Origin: an uncultured virus (IMG/VR IMGVR_UViG_3300020048_000041)
Lineage: Duplodnaviria > Heunggongvirae > Uroviricota > Caudoviricetes
Virus record (IMG/VR): IMGVR_UViG_3300020048_000041
Length of the DNA stretch: 64,000 bases
Strand: one strand, 5' to 3'
A program made the position numbers and the translations under genes. The notes beneath the pieces were generated by a model, which was given only the letters and a program-made list of their open reading frames with translations, was not told the DNA's origin and did no database searches. Below, one piece after another: positions 49,094 through 58,315 of this stretch (positions are counted from its first letter, which is position 1; each line of letters opens with the position of its first letter).

Positions 49094-49975
49094 ATGACTA
49101 GCAAAATTTTACATCAACCATATTTTTATATCATTAGACATATCACATCAAATAAAATGTACGCAGGTTCAAGATGGGCTAAAGGGTGTAATCCTTCTGA
49201 ATTTATGGTTCTTGATGGGTACACCACATCATCCAAAATAATTAATGAAATAATCCAACAAGAAGGATTAGATTCATTTGAAATACTTAGAATTGATACT
49301 TATTGTGACGGTGTCCATGTAAATAAATATGAACAAACTTTTTTAGAAACCAATAATTGTGCATTATCTAATATTTGGTTTAATAAACATAACGGCTTAG
49401 GTTTAGCAGATTGGTTATTTGTTAACGATATCGTTAATGCAATGCAACTACCAGAATGCGTTTTTAAATCTAATAAAACTAAAACTAAAAAATATGGAAA
49501 TGAAAACTACAATAATTCAGAAAAAGCAACACTTTCTAGAATATCTACACTTTTAGAAAAATATGGTGTTGATAATATTATGAAAGTTTCAACAATTTGT
49601 TCAAAAAGCTTATCAAATCGTAATATTTCTAATTTTGAAAAATATGGTGTATCAAACACATCTTCGTTACCAAATGTAAAAAAGAAAATATCTGAAACAA
49701 CTATATCTAATAATCAACAAAAATATGGAGTTAACGGATATTTTGAAACTGAAGAGTTTTCAATAAAATCAAAGAAAACTCTTCAAAAAAAGTATGGTGT
49801 TTCGCATAATAGCCAAATTCCAAGCGTCAAAGAATCAAAAAAACAACATATGTTAGACACATATGGTGTCGAAAATCAAGGACAAATACCGTTTTTGACA
49901 ATTATACAAACAAAAAGAACATATTCTAAGGCAAGTATTTCAAGACATTTTCCATATTTTAAACAATATTATTAA
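49094..49975 (+). mobile_element. Free-standing GIY-YIG-like homing endonuclease with KYGV repeats
   Basis: PYFYIIRH.....MYAGSR...E..FL......WFNK catalytic domain; six (K)YG(V) repeats; opposite strand, convergent with nrdA. Confidence 0.7.
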
Positions 49976-49983
49976 TAATTAGA

Positions 49984-51690
49984 TTAAGAATGACATGCAG
50001 TGCATTCAGATTTATTATCAGAATTTACACCGGTTTCACTTCTGATATAATATAAAGATTTAATGTATGGATCTTTGAACGCTAATTTGTGGACTTCACT
50101 AATATAACGTTCGTCTTCATCAGCCGAAAAGAATAAATTGATACTTTGGGCTTGGTCAATATACCGCTGACGCGCTGATGCCAATCTAATAATTTGTGTT
50201 TGATTAATCTCAAACGCCGTTTTAAACACTGCTTTCTCTTCATCGCTTAACCAATCAACTTGCTGAACTGAGCCGCTATGTGCGATAATATCTTTTACAG
50301 TTTCTTCAGAATACACATTGCGTTCTTTCATCACCCGTAATAATGAAGGATTAACTCTATCAATTTTACCCGCCGCCGTGTTTTGAACATAAGCGTTTTT
50401 GTATATAGGCTCGATGCCCTGAGATACAGCACCGCAAATTAATGCCGAACTCAAATTAGGCGCTACCGCTAATCTATGAGTATTTCGTACACCATAACCT
50501 ACGCACCATTCTGGTTCACCAAATACTTTAGCCATCCACTGAGTTGCGGCTAAGGATTCTTCGTCAAGATGTTTAAAGATTTCTATATTTTTATAATAAG
50601 CATCCATAGATTCAAATGCAATCATATTATCTTGTAGATAAGTATGGAACCCTAATAAGCCTAAACCAAGTGCCCGACTTTTTTCAGCAAAAGCCACTAC
50701 CTTTTCCATTCCCTGTATAGTTTTACCGATTCTAATTAAATCTTGGTTAACACAGTCAAGGAAAACAGTTGCGTCAAATACAGCCGACGTGTTTTTCCAT
50801 TCATCGTATTTAGCCGCGTTCATTGATGATAACACACAAGAATATGTAATATCTTTATCTGAGAATAATGTAATTTCAGTACAAAGTTGAGATGCCTTTA
50901 CGGTTAACCCCTTATCTTTATACATCTGAGGATTTTGTCTATTCGTCTTATCAACAAAAAAGAAATAACCCTTACCAGAAATCATTTTAAGTTTAAGCGC
51001 CTTTTGATAGCGGTCAAGCGCATCTTTATCGCCAGCATCTAGTCTTTCAATAAAGGCATCAGAAACTATCCAACCGATATTTGCATCATCTGGGTTTTTG
51101 CTAATGTAGTTGACTAATTCGAAAAAATCATCATGATCAATCTCGATATATCCTGCCCACGCGCCACGGCGCTGGCTACCTTGGGATATATCTCGTGAAA
51201 CTTGAACGAAATCTTTAAAAACAGGCAATACACCAGATGCGCTCCCTTTCATTCCATTAATCTTTGACCCTCTCGGGCGAATATCACCAAGATAACTTGA
51301 TGTTCCAAACCCATTTTTGGATAATATGGCAACTTCTTTTTGTGAATTGTAAAAGTCGTAAACAGAATCTTGCACATAGTTACCGCTACAACTCACAGGG
51401 CAACCAAAATCCATACCCATATTAGATAAGACCGGCGTTGACGCCGCTAACCAACCTTTCCAAAATAAGTTAAAGAATTTTGTTTCCCACTCATCAGGAG
51501 ATGAAGTATATTTAGCCGCGTGTTTTGCTATTCTGGTATAAACACTTTGTAAATCAGGGTAATCTTTAGAAAGATAATTTTCTTTAAGCATCTGCCAAGA
51601 AGCAGTTGTTACCCAATCTGGTAATTTACCTTGTTCCTGTAACAGTTTGCGTTCTTCGCCTAATTGTTCATAAATACTTAATTCTGCCAT
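49984..51690 (-). CDS. nrdA: Ribonucleotide reductase class I alpha subunit (short, no ATP cone)
   Basis: STPVLSN; SC; SQLCTEI; RALGLGLLG; AVAPN.SS; QRYIDQAQSINLF; KSLYYIR; C-terminal CTAC. Confidence 0.93.
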   Translation of the reverse strand: MAELSIYEQLGEERKLLQEQGKLPDWVTTASWQMLKENYLSKDYPDLQSVYTRIAKHAAKYTSSPDEWETKFFNLFWKGWLAASTPVLSNMGMDFGCPVSCSGNYVQDSVYDFYNSQKEVAILSKNGFGTSSYLGDIRPRGSKINGMKGSASGVLPVFKDFVQVSRDISQGSQRRGAWAGYIEIDHDDFFELVNYISKNPDDANIGWIVSDAFIERLDAGDKDALDRYQKALKLKMISGKGYFFFVDKTNRQNPQMYKDKGLTVKASQLCTEITLFSDKDITYSCVLSSMNAAKYDEWKNTSAVFDATVFLDCVNQDLIRIGKTIQGMEKVVAFAEKSRALGLGLLGFHTYLQDNMIAFESMDAYYKNIEIFKHLDEESLAATQWMAKVFGEPEWCVGYGVRNTHRLAVAPNLSSALICGAVSQGIEPIYKNAYVQNTAAGKIDRVNPSLLRVMKERNVYSEETVKDIIAHSGSVQQVDWLSDEEKAVFKTAFEINQTQIIRLASARQRYIDQAQSINLFFSADEDERYISEVHKLAFKDPYIKSLYYIRSETGVNSDNKSECTACHS

Positions 51691-52676
51691 TCAAATCTCC
51701 CTTCTACCCAATTTCTGTTATAGTCATTACCTTGTGACGAGAAAAAGTCATGTAACACAGATGACTTCAAATCTTTGTAAAACCATTTTTCGATTGGGTT
51801 ATAACTTGGCTTGAAAATAGCCTTATAGCCTAAATTCACCAAACAAATATCTAGTCTTGACTCAACAAAATGTTTTAATTGATTATCAGTAATGCCTTTT
51901 ATGTTACCCTTCTCAAAAATCTTATCGATAATGATAGATTCATGCTCAAAAATAACTTTAGTTGTTTCTTCAAGTTCAGAATGTAAACGTTCTAATTCTG
52001 ATTCAGACATTTGACCATCATCAATAGCTTCTTTTAGTAGAGTTCTAAATAACCACGCGCCGGCTTCAGAATGCATCGTTTCATCATTTACTGAAAAATT
52101 AATACCGGCGTTAACATTCACCAACTTGTTTTTTCCTACACTGTTAAAATGTTTTAGAAAGGCAAATGACGAATAAAGTATAGCGCCCTCTATCATAGAA
52201 AACACACCAATAGATTTTAGCACATTATAAACAGAATCTTTTTTCTCAGTTCTTGCCCCAATCCAAGCCATTCTACTTGCTAGTGTAGGATCTTCTTTAT
52301 ATGAAGAATAAAATTCATCAGTATCTAACCCTAATACGTCATTCAATTTTGAATAAAAGGGAGCATGTACGCCTATCTCAAAAAAGCTGAATGTTGTTGC
52401 CATTCTTTGAATATCTGGTCTAGGAAATAGCTTACACACATAATTTTGCCAATAATCATTTCCGACAGATAACTCATAAATTGTAAACAGTTTAAGCGTA
52501 GAAATAACACCATGATATTCCGCTTCAGTAAATTCTGTTTTTAAACTGTGTAAATCTTTTTCTACTTCAACTTCGTCTGGTAACCAAAATATTTCAGCCT
52601 GTTGTTTAGCAAATTCAATCGCAGTAGGATAATCCACTGTGTATGTTGATTTTGGTGTTAATAATCTTATTGCCAT
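51678..52676 (-). CDS. nrdB: Ribonucleotide reductase class I beta subunit
   Basis: FWLPDEV; E..VH..FY; EG..LYSSFA; DETMH; DFF. Confidence 0.92.
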   Translation of the reverse strand: MAIRLLTPKSTYTVDYPTAIEFAKQQAEIFWLPDEVEVEKDLHSLKTEFTEAEYHGVISTLKLFTIYELSVGNDYWQNYVCKLFPRPDIQRMATTFSFFEIGVHAPFYSKLNDVLGLDTDEFYSSYKEDPTLASRMAWIGARTEKKDSVYNVLKSIGVFSMIEGAILYSSFAFLKHFNSVGKNKLVNVNAGINFSVNDETMHSEAGAWLFRTLLKEAIDDGQMSESELERLHSELEETTKVIFEHESIIIDKIFEKGNIKGITDNQLKHFVESRLDICLVNLGYKAIFKPSYNPIEKWFYKDLKSSVLHDFFSSQGNDYNRNWVEGRFEWQN

Positions 52677-52755
52677 ATCAATCCTATTGTGTTATAATTT
52701 CCATATTCATACGGTATATTCACCGCATATGTCATTTATATATACCGCCATAAAT

Positions 52756-53466
52756 TTACCAGAATTTTAATTTTGAGTAAAATGAACGTTTGGGTTGCTC
52801 AACTGTTAAAACATTTTTAGATAATTCACGCCATGATACTGGGAATAACTTTTCACATTCAGCGCTAATTAACTCAGCAATTTCTTTACATTCTTGTTGA
52901 GCATGTTGGTCTACTCGGAAATACCTTACTCTATCAAAAAATAACAAACTGCCTGTCCAATAAAACTCTGTCATCATATTTTGAGGAAGAACCATTCTAG
53001 CTAATTCAGGGGCAACTCCATCTTTTAATGCATCTTCATATGTAGACAAAGCATATGCAACTGAAGTTTTAATATGTGAGTCGTCAAAAGGTATTACGCC
53101 GCCTGAACCCTGTTTAATTGATTTTTTTGGTCTAGCACGCCATTCAGCAGGAATATAAAACTCTGGTGTTGAATCAACGTATCGGCGGCTAATTTCGTTT
53201 ACAACACCACCTACCTGATGTTTCAAAAGTTGTCTGGCAACAAAAATTGGCACTTTTAATTTAAAAGTTATGGCAGTATGAGCGAAAGGTGTCCAATGTT
53301 TATGTGCCGCTAAGTATCTAATCAATCCTTCATCTTTAGAATCTATATTCGTTTTAAATCTATCATCTTTTGCAGTTGATACCCTAGCAGCATTAACAAC
53401 AGAAGAATCTGTTCCCATGCTAGTAATTAATTCAACCGCCATGTCAACATATTTCACGTCACTCAT
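52756..53466 (-). CDS. thyX: Flavin-dependent thymidylate synthase
   Basis: VVNAARVS; HWTPFAH; PIFVARQLLKHQVG...NEISRRY; APELARMVLPQ; HAQQE. Confidence 0.95.
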   Translation of the reverse strand: MSDVKYVDMAVELITSMGTDSSVVNAARVSTAKDDRFKTNIDSKDEGLIRYLAAHKHWTPFAHTAITFKLKVPIFVARQLLKHQVGGVVNEISRRYVDSTPEFYIPAEWRARPKKSIKQGSGGVIPFDDSHIKTSVAYALSTYEDALKDGVAPELARMVLPQNMMTEFYWTGSLLFFDRVRYFRVDQHAQQECKEIAELISAECEKLFPVSWRELSKNVLTVEQPKRSFYSKLKFW

Positions 53467-53504
53467 TACTTATCCTTTTCAAAATTGGTTCTAATTTAAT
53501 TTAG

Positions 53505-54503
53505 TTAACATTTTTTCCACGAAATAAATCGCATTAATGCTTCAGCGCCGGTAAACGTATTATCAGAAATGACTTGCTGAACATTTACTCCGTTTAACAC
53601 CATCTCGTTAATATCTTTTCCAATCACCTTGTCGTCCCACAAACAAATATCAAAACCGGCTTTAATACTTTTCTCAATTAATTTAGTTATCTCAGGACTT
53701 CTAGGTTCATTATCATAAACCAACGTGATATTATCTTTATTATCACGGGTGAATTTAGTATCGAACGCAGAGCTACCCATCGCAACACAATTATCAATAA
53801 ACAACGAATCAATTTGACCTTCTACAGCAAATATACGTTTTGAAAAATCTAACCGCTCTATGCCAAAGGTTTTAGGCTCATCAACTAACGAAATATGAGC
53901 ATATCTCATCTTATTATCGTCAATCGCCCTACCGGTTAACTGGACAAGTTGTTTATCACGATTGTAACACGGTATGACTAATCTAGGAGAATCACCCTTA
54001 GACATTTTGAACTTATTTGGGATAATTGTATTTATAAACTGAAAGAATGAATCGGAATAATATAGCAAAGGTATCTTATCGTCTGGAATCTTGCGTTTCA
54101 AACAATAAGATAACGCCGCCCGTGATTCAGTTACATGTAGCAGTTTATCCAATAGCGATATAGGTTTAGGTTCAAACTTTGGAGATTCATAAACGAACTC
54201 TGGTTTAGCATGTGCAGCAAATTTATTCGTGTTAGATTTGTATCGTTCAACAACATAATCATCATAATCTAATGGGGAAACCTGCTTTATTAGGTTTCCC
54301 AAAGTGGTAGAATGATTACAGTTAAAACAGTTAAAAAATAGAGCATTTTCTTTTCTGTATATAAAGCCGCGCGATTTCAATTTATTTCGTTTAGAGTCGC
54401 CACAAAAAGGACATCTGAATTGATATTTTGAATCAGCTAACTGTTTAAAATTCTCCAATCTAGATGAGATAAGATTGATGAATTTAACATCTATATGCAA
54501 CAT
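53505..54503 (-). CDS. gp61: DNA primase gp61
   Basis: RCPFCGDS....K.RG; C.NC Zn finger; RLVIP; VEGQIDSLF; DNEPR; KDINEM. Confidence 0.95.
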   Translation of the reverse strand: MLHIDVKFINLISSRLENFKQLADSKYQFRCPFCGDSKRNKLKSRGFIYRKENALFFNCFNCNHSTTLGNLIKQVSPLDYDDYVVERYKSNTNKFAAHAKPEFVYESPKFEPKPISLLDKLLHVTESRAALSYCLKRKIPDDKIPLLYYSDSFFQFINTIIPNKFKMSKGDSPRLVIPCYNRDKQLVQLTGRAIDDNKMRYAHISLVDEPKTFGIERLDFSKRIFAVEGQIDSLFIDNCVAMGSSAFDTKFTRDNKDNITLVYDNEPRSPEITKLIEKSIKAGFDICLWDDKVIGKDINEMVLNGVNVQQVISDNTFTGAEALMRFISWKKC

Positions 54504-54508
54504 AGCAC

Positions 54509-54721
54509 CTACCCTTTAGATTTTGCGAATTCTCTGATTTTTGAAGCTGGTAAATCGTGAATATCATATACACACTTAGGATCTGCTTGGCAAGCTTCAA
54601 ACCTTTGCATATAGTAATTTCCTGGAACATCATCGGTTAATATTACGATAGACAAAATTACGCTAAAGAATAGCAAAATACTTGTGAAAATAAACCATGG
54701 ACTAGCAAAATAATTATACAT
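54509..54721 (-). CDS. Small membrane-anchored protein
   Basis: N-terminal hydrophobic helix; SD AAGGA; own early promoter. Confidence 0.7.
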   Translation of the reverse strand: MYNYFASPWFIFTSILLFFSVILSIVILTDDVPGNYYMQRFEACQADPKCVYDIHDLPASKIREFAKSKG

Positions 54722-54744
54722 AATGTTTCCTTTAAAGAGAGTTA

Positions 54745-54775
54745 ATTATACGGCGAATTGGAACTAAAGTAAAGC
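54745..54775 (-). promoter_or_regulatory. Early promoter
   Basis: GCTTTACTTT...TATAAT. Confidence 0.8.
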
Positions 54776-54792
54776 TTTAATCAATATAGGAA

Positions 54793-54865
54793 TATTTTTA
54801 AGCGCTTAACCTCAATTCACGCCCGACTAGGCTATTATACGTGTTTGAGGACATAAAGTAAAGTT
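54793..54865 (-). repeat. Copy 3 of promoter plus conserved non-coding element
   Basis: Reverse complement is 69/73 identical to 5562..5634. Confidence 0.9.
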
Positions 54866-54940
54866 TTATTTTTACGTCAAATCGCGTTCTATATTTTTGA
54901 CCCCTTACCTTTACCCGTTTTTCATCCCTTAATTTTGTTA

Positions 54941-55020
54941 TTTTGTAAGTCATTGATTTATAACGGGTTTATATTTTAAGCATTTTTAATAAAAGTTAAT
55001 AAAATCAATGACTTACGAAA
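54941..55020. repeat. Inverted repeat of IHF-like sites
   Basis: GTAAGTCATTGATTT (54945..54959) and AAATCAATGACTTAC (55002..55016); each matches WATCAANNNNTTR. Confidence 0.8.
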
Positions 55021-55062
55021 TTTTATGTTAAAAATTATATCTTTTATGAAGTATTAGGCAAT

Positions 55063-55089
55063 AAAAAACCCAGCGGATTAGGCTGGGTT
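55063..55089 (-). terminator. Terminator of the late cluster
   Basis: AACCCAGC/GCTGGGTT stem plus T-tract. Confidence 0.8.
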
Positions 55090-55128
55090 GAAGTGTAAAC
55101 TGCCGTAGCGGTTTAGATTATTTTATTT

Positions 55129-55404
55129 TTATTTAGTTTCGTTTGCGCGTCTTGCAGGGACAACATGTTTTTTGGCTTTTCCTACAGCTTTAGCTCTAGT
55201 GTCTTCAATACCGCTATGGATAACAGTTTCACCTTTGCCATATTTAAAACCATGGACTTGCCATTTATGCCCTTCTGGCGTTTTAGTTGTTCGCCAGCCA
55301 ACCGTATCATATTCACCCTTTTCGCTTTCTTCAATTAATTCATATTCGATATCAGAAGAAAGGCTTTCTAATACAGTTTGTTTAAATTCTTCAAACCCTA
55401 ACAT
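55129..55404 (-). CDS. Probable internal head protein
   Basis: N-terminal MLGFEEFKQTVLES...LIEE. Confidence 0.6.
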   Translation of the reverse strand: MLGFEEFKQTVLESLSSDIEYELIEESEKGEYDTVGWRTTKTPEGHKWQVHGFKYGKGETVIHSGIEDTRAKAVGKAKKHVVPARRANETK

Positions 55405-55853
55405 TATTTTTCCTTATGGTTATTCATAAATTCTATTACAGCAAGTTCTTCAATGATTAGCTGTTCAGATTGTAAAACAGAGAAGAATTTATCTTCAAGT
55501 AAGGCTAAATCCATTTCTGGGTTATCGTAAGATTCTTTAACCAAAAATAGAGAGGTAGCAAGGTGTCGCATATACCAATCACCCATAGGCAGTTTAGCAA
55601 TTAATTTTTTAATGTTAATCACAATTCTATAGAGGTAATTAGTAGCCGCCTTTTCTTCTGCTTTGTTCAATGTATTATAATGTTTCAGGACATTGCCTTC
55701 ACCATCAATAATACCTAGTTTATATGCATCATATTCTGTAAAGGGTTGAATCAAAAGAGTCAAAACCTTTAGCGCCAGCAAGTTATCTACCAGCGGGTTG
55801 AGCGTAATCTGCTTTTTATTTATATTTACATCAGAATGTGTAATCGGTGTCAT
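55404..55853 (-). CDS. Conserved T4-like hypothetical protein
   Basis: LL..PF...DAYKLGIID..G.VLK...RIV.NIKKLI. Confidence 0.75.
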   Translation of the reverse strand: MTPITHSDVNINKKQITLNPLVDNLLALKVLTLLIQPFTEYDAYKLGIIDGEGNVLKHYNTLNKAEEKAATNYLYRIVINIKKLIAKLPMGDWYMRHLATSLFLVKESYDNPEMDLALLEDKFFSVLQSEQLIIEELAVIEFMNNHKEK

Positions 55854-56200
55854 TATAATAATCCTTTAAGTTTTTCAACAGTCAGTTTATCCATATTGGA
55901 TTCGTTATAATTAACTTTGCCAAGATACGCCAGAACTGTAAATACAATAGAATGATATTTTTTATCTAGTTTGAAAAGCAACAATTCCTGTGTTGCGTCA
56001 CCAAATAAATTGTATAGAGTTGTTATGTTATTAACGATTAGTCGTATACAATCATCATCTTTGTATACGAATCTGAATAACAACTTTTTCAACATAACAA
56101 ATAATGCCAAATCTTTTTTAAATTCATCAAAAGAATGACACTGCACATTATCGTAATGTGTTATACAAAACAACATAAAATTGTCGTTATTCAGACCCAT
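55853..56200 (-). CDS. Conserved T4-like hypothetical protein
   Basis: LNNDNFMLF...HYDN.QC....EF..DL...RLI.N.I..LYN.FG. Confidence 0.75.
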   Translation of the reverse strand: MGLNNDNFMLFCITHYDNVQCHSFDEFKKDLALFVMLKKLLFRFVYKDDDCIRLIVNNITTLYNLFGDATQELLLFKLDKKYHSIVFTVLAYLGKVNYNESNMDKLTVEKLKGLL

Positions 56201-56211
56201 AAATTACCTTG

Positions 56212-56793
56212 TTATGCGACAGTTAATGTAGCAGAACTTGAAGTAACAGCTACAGCATTTGTAGCAGTAATAATAACACGATATTTTTTACCGGTTAAAC
56301 CAGTTGTGTTAGAAATATTCAATGTTGCAGTTGTTGCCGTAGTATAAACTCCACCATTAGTGATTGAAGTAAACGATTTAGAACCTGCGTTAGCAACTTG
56401 CCATTGATAACTAATAGAACCGCCACCTGAAGAGATAGCAGCAGTGACACCAAACGTAGTAGCCGCTGGAGCTGTAACTGAACGGTTAACCGGTGCAGTT
56501 GTTACAGATAATACATAAGTATCAGCAGTTTCGATATTGGTATCGCCAATACGATCGCCTGCGGCAACTGCAGTTGCTTTCATTGGGACTAATTGTTCAG
56601 CATAATGACGAAGAGTGCCAGATGAATCTTTACGACTTTCGTATAACCACCATCCTGGTCCGGTAATACCCTTTGCTTTAGTATCTGCGTCAGCTGCTTC
56701 AGTATCATCTACAAAAATAGCTTTTTTACGATCTTCTTCTGACAAATAAGCTGGAACGCCAGCTTCAGTATCTTCTTTTTTCCATAAACTCAT
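56212..56793 (-). CDS. Virion structural protein with C-terminal Ig-like domain
   Basis: MSLW...GPGWW.Y....D..G..RH..E.LV; ISYQWQ...ATTATL.I......G.KYRV. Confidence 0.7.
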   Translation of the reverse strand: MSLWKKEDTEAGVPAYLSEEDRKKAIFVDDTEAADADTKAKGITGPGWWLYESRKDSSGTLRHYAEQLVPMKATAVAAGDRIGDTNIETADTYVLSVTTAPVNRSVTAPAATTFGVTAAISSGGGSISYQWQVANAGSKSFTSITNGGVYTTATTATLNISNTTGLTGKKYRVIITATNAVAVTSSSATLTVA

Positions 56794-56805
56794 TGTTGTT
56801 TCCTT

Positions 56806-57705
56806 TTATTGTGGGCGATGCTTAAATCTAGAGATAGCAATTTGTTTCACTTTGCTAGTTAATTTTGCCGCCATTTTGGCTAGCAGAGGTCCTTTCTTGG
56901 CAATGATTCTTTCCATTCTTTGCTTTTCAGGTAAAGTCAATTCCGCATCAGACTTACCATTAGAAAGTTTTCTTTTTAACAAACCGACCGCAGTTCTACG
57001 TGCGCGGTCTTCAATTCTTTGAGGAGAAGGCATAGTGTGTAAAGCCAATTTCATGCCGCGTTGACGTTTAACCGCGCTTCTGGCAAATACTTGTCTGCGT
57101 TTAATTCTATCCGCTACGGTTAACCCTTTCCAAGCTTCATCAACAGTAGACAATTCTCCCTCTAATGGGTCTTGTTTTGATTTTTTAAGTTTACCCGCAG
57201 ATTCGCCTGCTTCGTCATCATCGTCATCAACAACATCAGCAACAGAATCGCCTGTATCACTCACAACATGCAATTCGTCTGAATCTACGCCACCTAAGTC
57301 AACTAGATCTTCAAGATCGTTAACATCGCCTAGCATATTATCGATTTCTTCATCAGACATATGTTCCATGCCATCTTCAATATCCATATTCACATCTGCG
57401 AATTTACCGGTTTCATCGCCTTGTTTTCCTGCCGCTTTGCGGTCATTGTCTACCGGCTTAGTTATATCAGAAGATGTAGACATAGAAACAGAACCGTGTT
57501 CCATTAATTTTTTTCTAAAATCTTTAAAATTCATAACACTCTCAGATGTCGTTGGCATAAGAATATTCATAGCCGATTGTTTTAATTCTGCCGGCACATT
57601 AGCCGTTTTTAACTTCTTTAATATCTTAGCATTAGCGTCTTTATCTTTAAGGTCAACACCAAAGATATCTGCTAAAATTTTGATTACATCTTTATTCTGT
57701 TTCAT
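56806..57705 (-). CDS. Probable head-internal (core) protein
   Basis: Internal MNFKDFRKKLME, acidic middle, then DEA..L....R.KR...F.R basic C-terminus. Confidence 0.6.
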   Translation of the reverse strand: MKQNKDVIKILADIFGVDLKDKDANAKILKKLKTANVPAELKQSAMNILMPTTSESVMNFKDFRKKLMEHGSVSMSTSSDITKPVDNDRKAAGKQGDETGKFADVNMDIEDGMEHMSDEEIDNMLGDVNDLEDLVDLGGVDSDELHVVSDTGDSVADVVDDDDDEAGESAGKLKKSKQDPLEGELSTVDEAWKGLTVADRIKRRQVFARSAVKRQRGMKLALHTMPSPQRIEDRARRTAVGLLKRKLSNGKSDAELTLPEKQRMERIIAKKGPLLAKMAAKLTSKVKQIAISRFKHRPQ

Positions 57706-58315
57706 TAAGCACCTTAAAGTCTTTATAAGATAATATCGATTCAGTCAAGCCTTTAACGCCTAACCCCTTTTGCGCTAACTTCCAAACGATTTTAGCTTCA
57801 GCATCAGTACAAGGATCTGGTAAAGATTTTCTAAAAGAATCAAAATCGCCCTCAGTAACATATTTGCGCATAGCTGTGCCAGACATACTAGCAGCATCGC
57901 TTTCATCTGCATCTGGATCGCGTTGAAGCGCCATTACCTTTACACTTTTGAATTTGAAATAATCTCGGCTTTCAGCAAAAGCCGGCAAAGATTTACTGTA
58001 TTCAGGATATCTATCCGAACCACATACAATAATTATATTCTCATAATTATGTTCATTTGCATAATGTAATAAGTTACCTATGATTTTGACTTTAGTATCT
58101 GGGTCAAGTTTGACCGTACCACGAGTCCATTTATTCATCAGTTTAGCTTTTACATCATATGGAAGTGGGTTCTTTTTATTTTCTGTATGAGATAAAAATA
58201 CAGCTGGGTCTGCATCATGTTGTTTGGCAATTCTTTCAATTTCAGTAACCAACGCCATATGACCTTTATGAAAAATGTTTGCTCTGCCGAACGCGCATAC
58301 TAATGTCTTTTTCAT
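57692..58315 (-). CDS. HxGH-type (cytidylyltransferase-like) nucleotidyltransferase
   Basis: FGR.N..HKGH; KNPL; GSDR; RDPDA; MSGT.MR. Confidence 0.8.
   Translation of the reverse strand: MKKTLVCAFGRANIFHKGHMALVTEIERIAKQHDADPAVFLSHTENKKNPLPYDVKAKLMNKWTRGTVKLDPDTKVKIIGNLLHYANEHNYENIIIVCGSDRYPEYSKSLPAFAESRDYFKFKSVKVMALQRDPDADESDAASMSGTAMRKYVTEGDFDSFRKSLPDPCTDAEAKIVWKLAQKGLGVKGLTESILSYKDFKVLNETE

Noticed and set aside
49984..53466. Introns or inteins in nrdA, nrdB, thyX
   Set aside because: All are continuous and compact, with no splice-junction motifs
55095..55117. GTAAACTGCCGTAGCGGTTTAGA resembles the 5' half of a type I-F CRISPR repeat (possible RNA anti-CRISPR)
   Set aside because: Lacks the GGCAG 3' arm, is single copy, has no evident promoter on that strand, and is simply a hairpin beside a terminator
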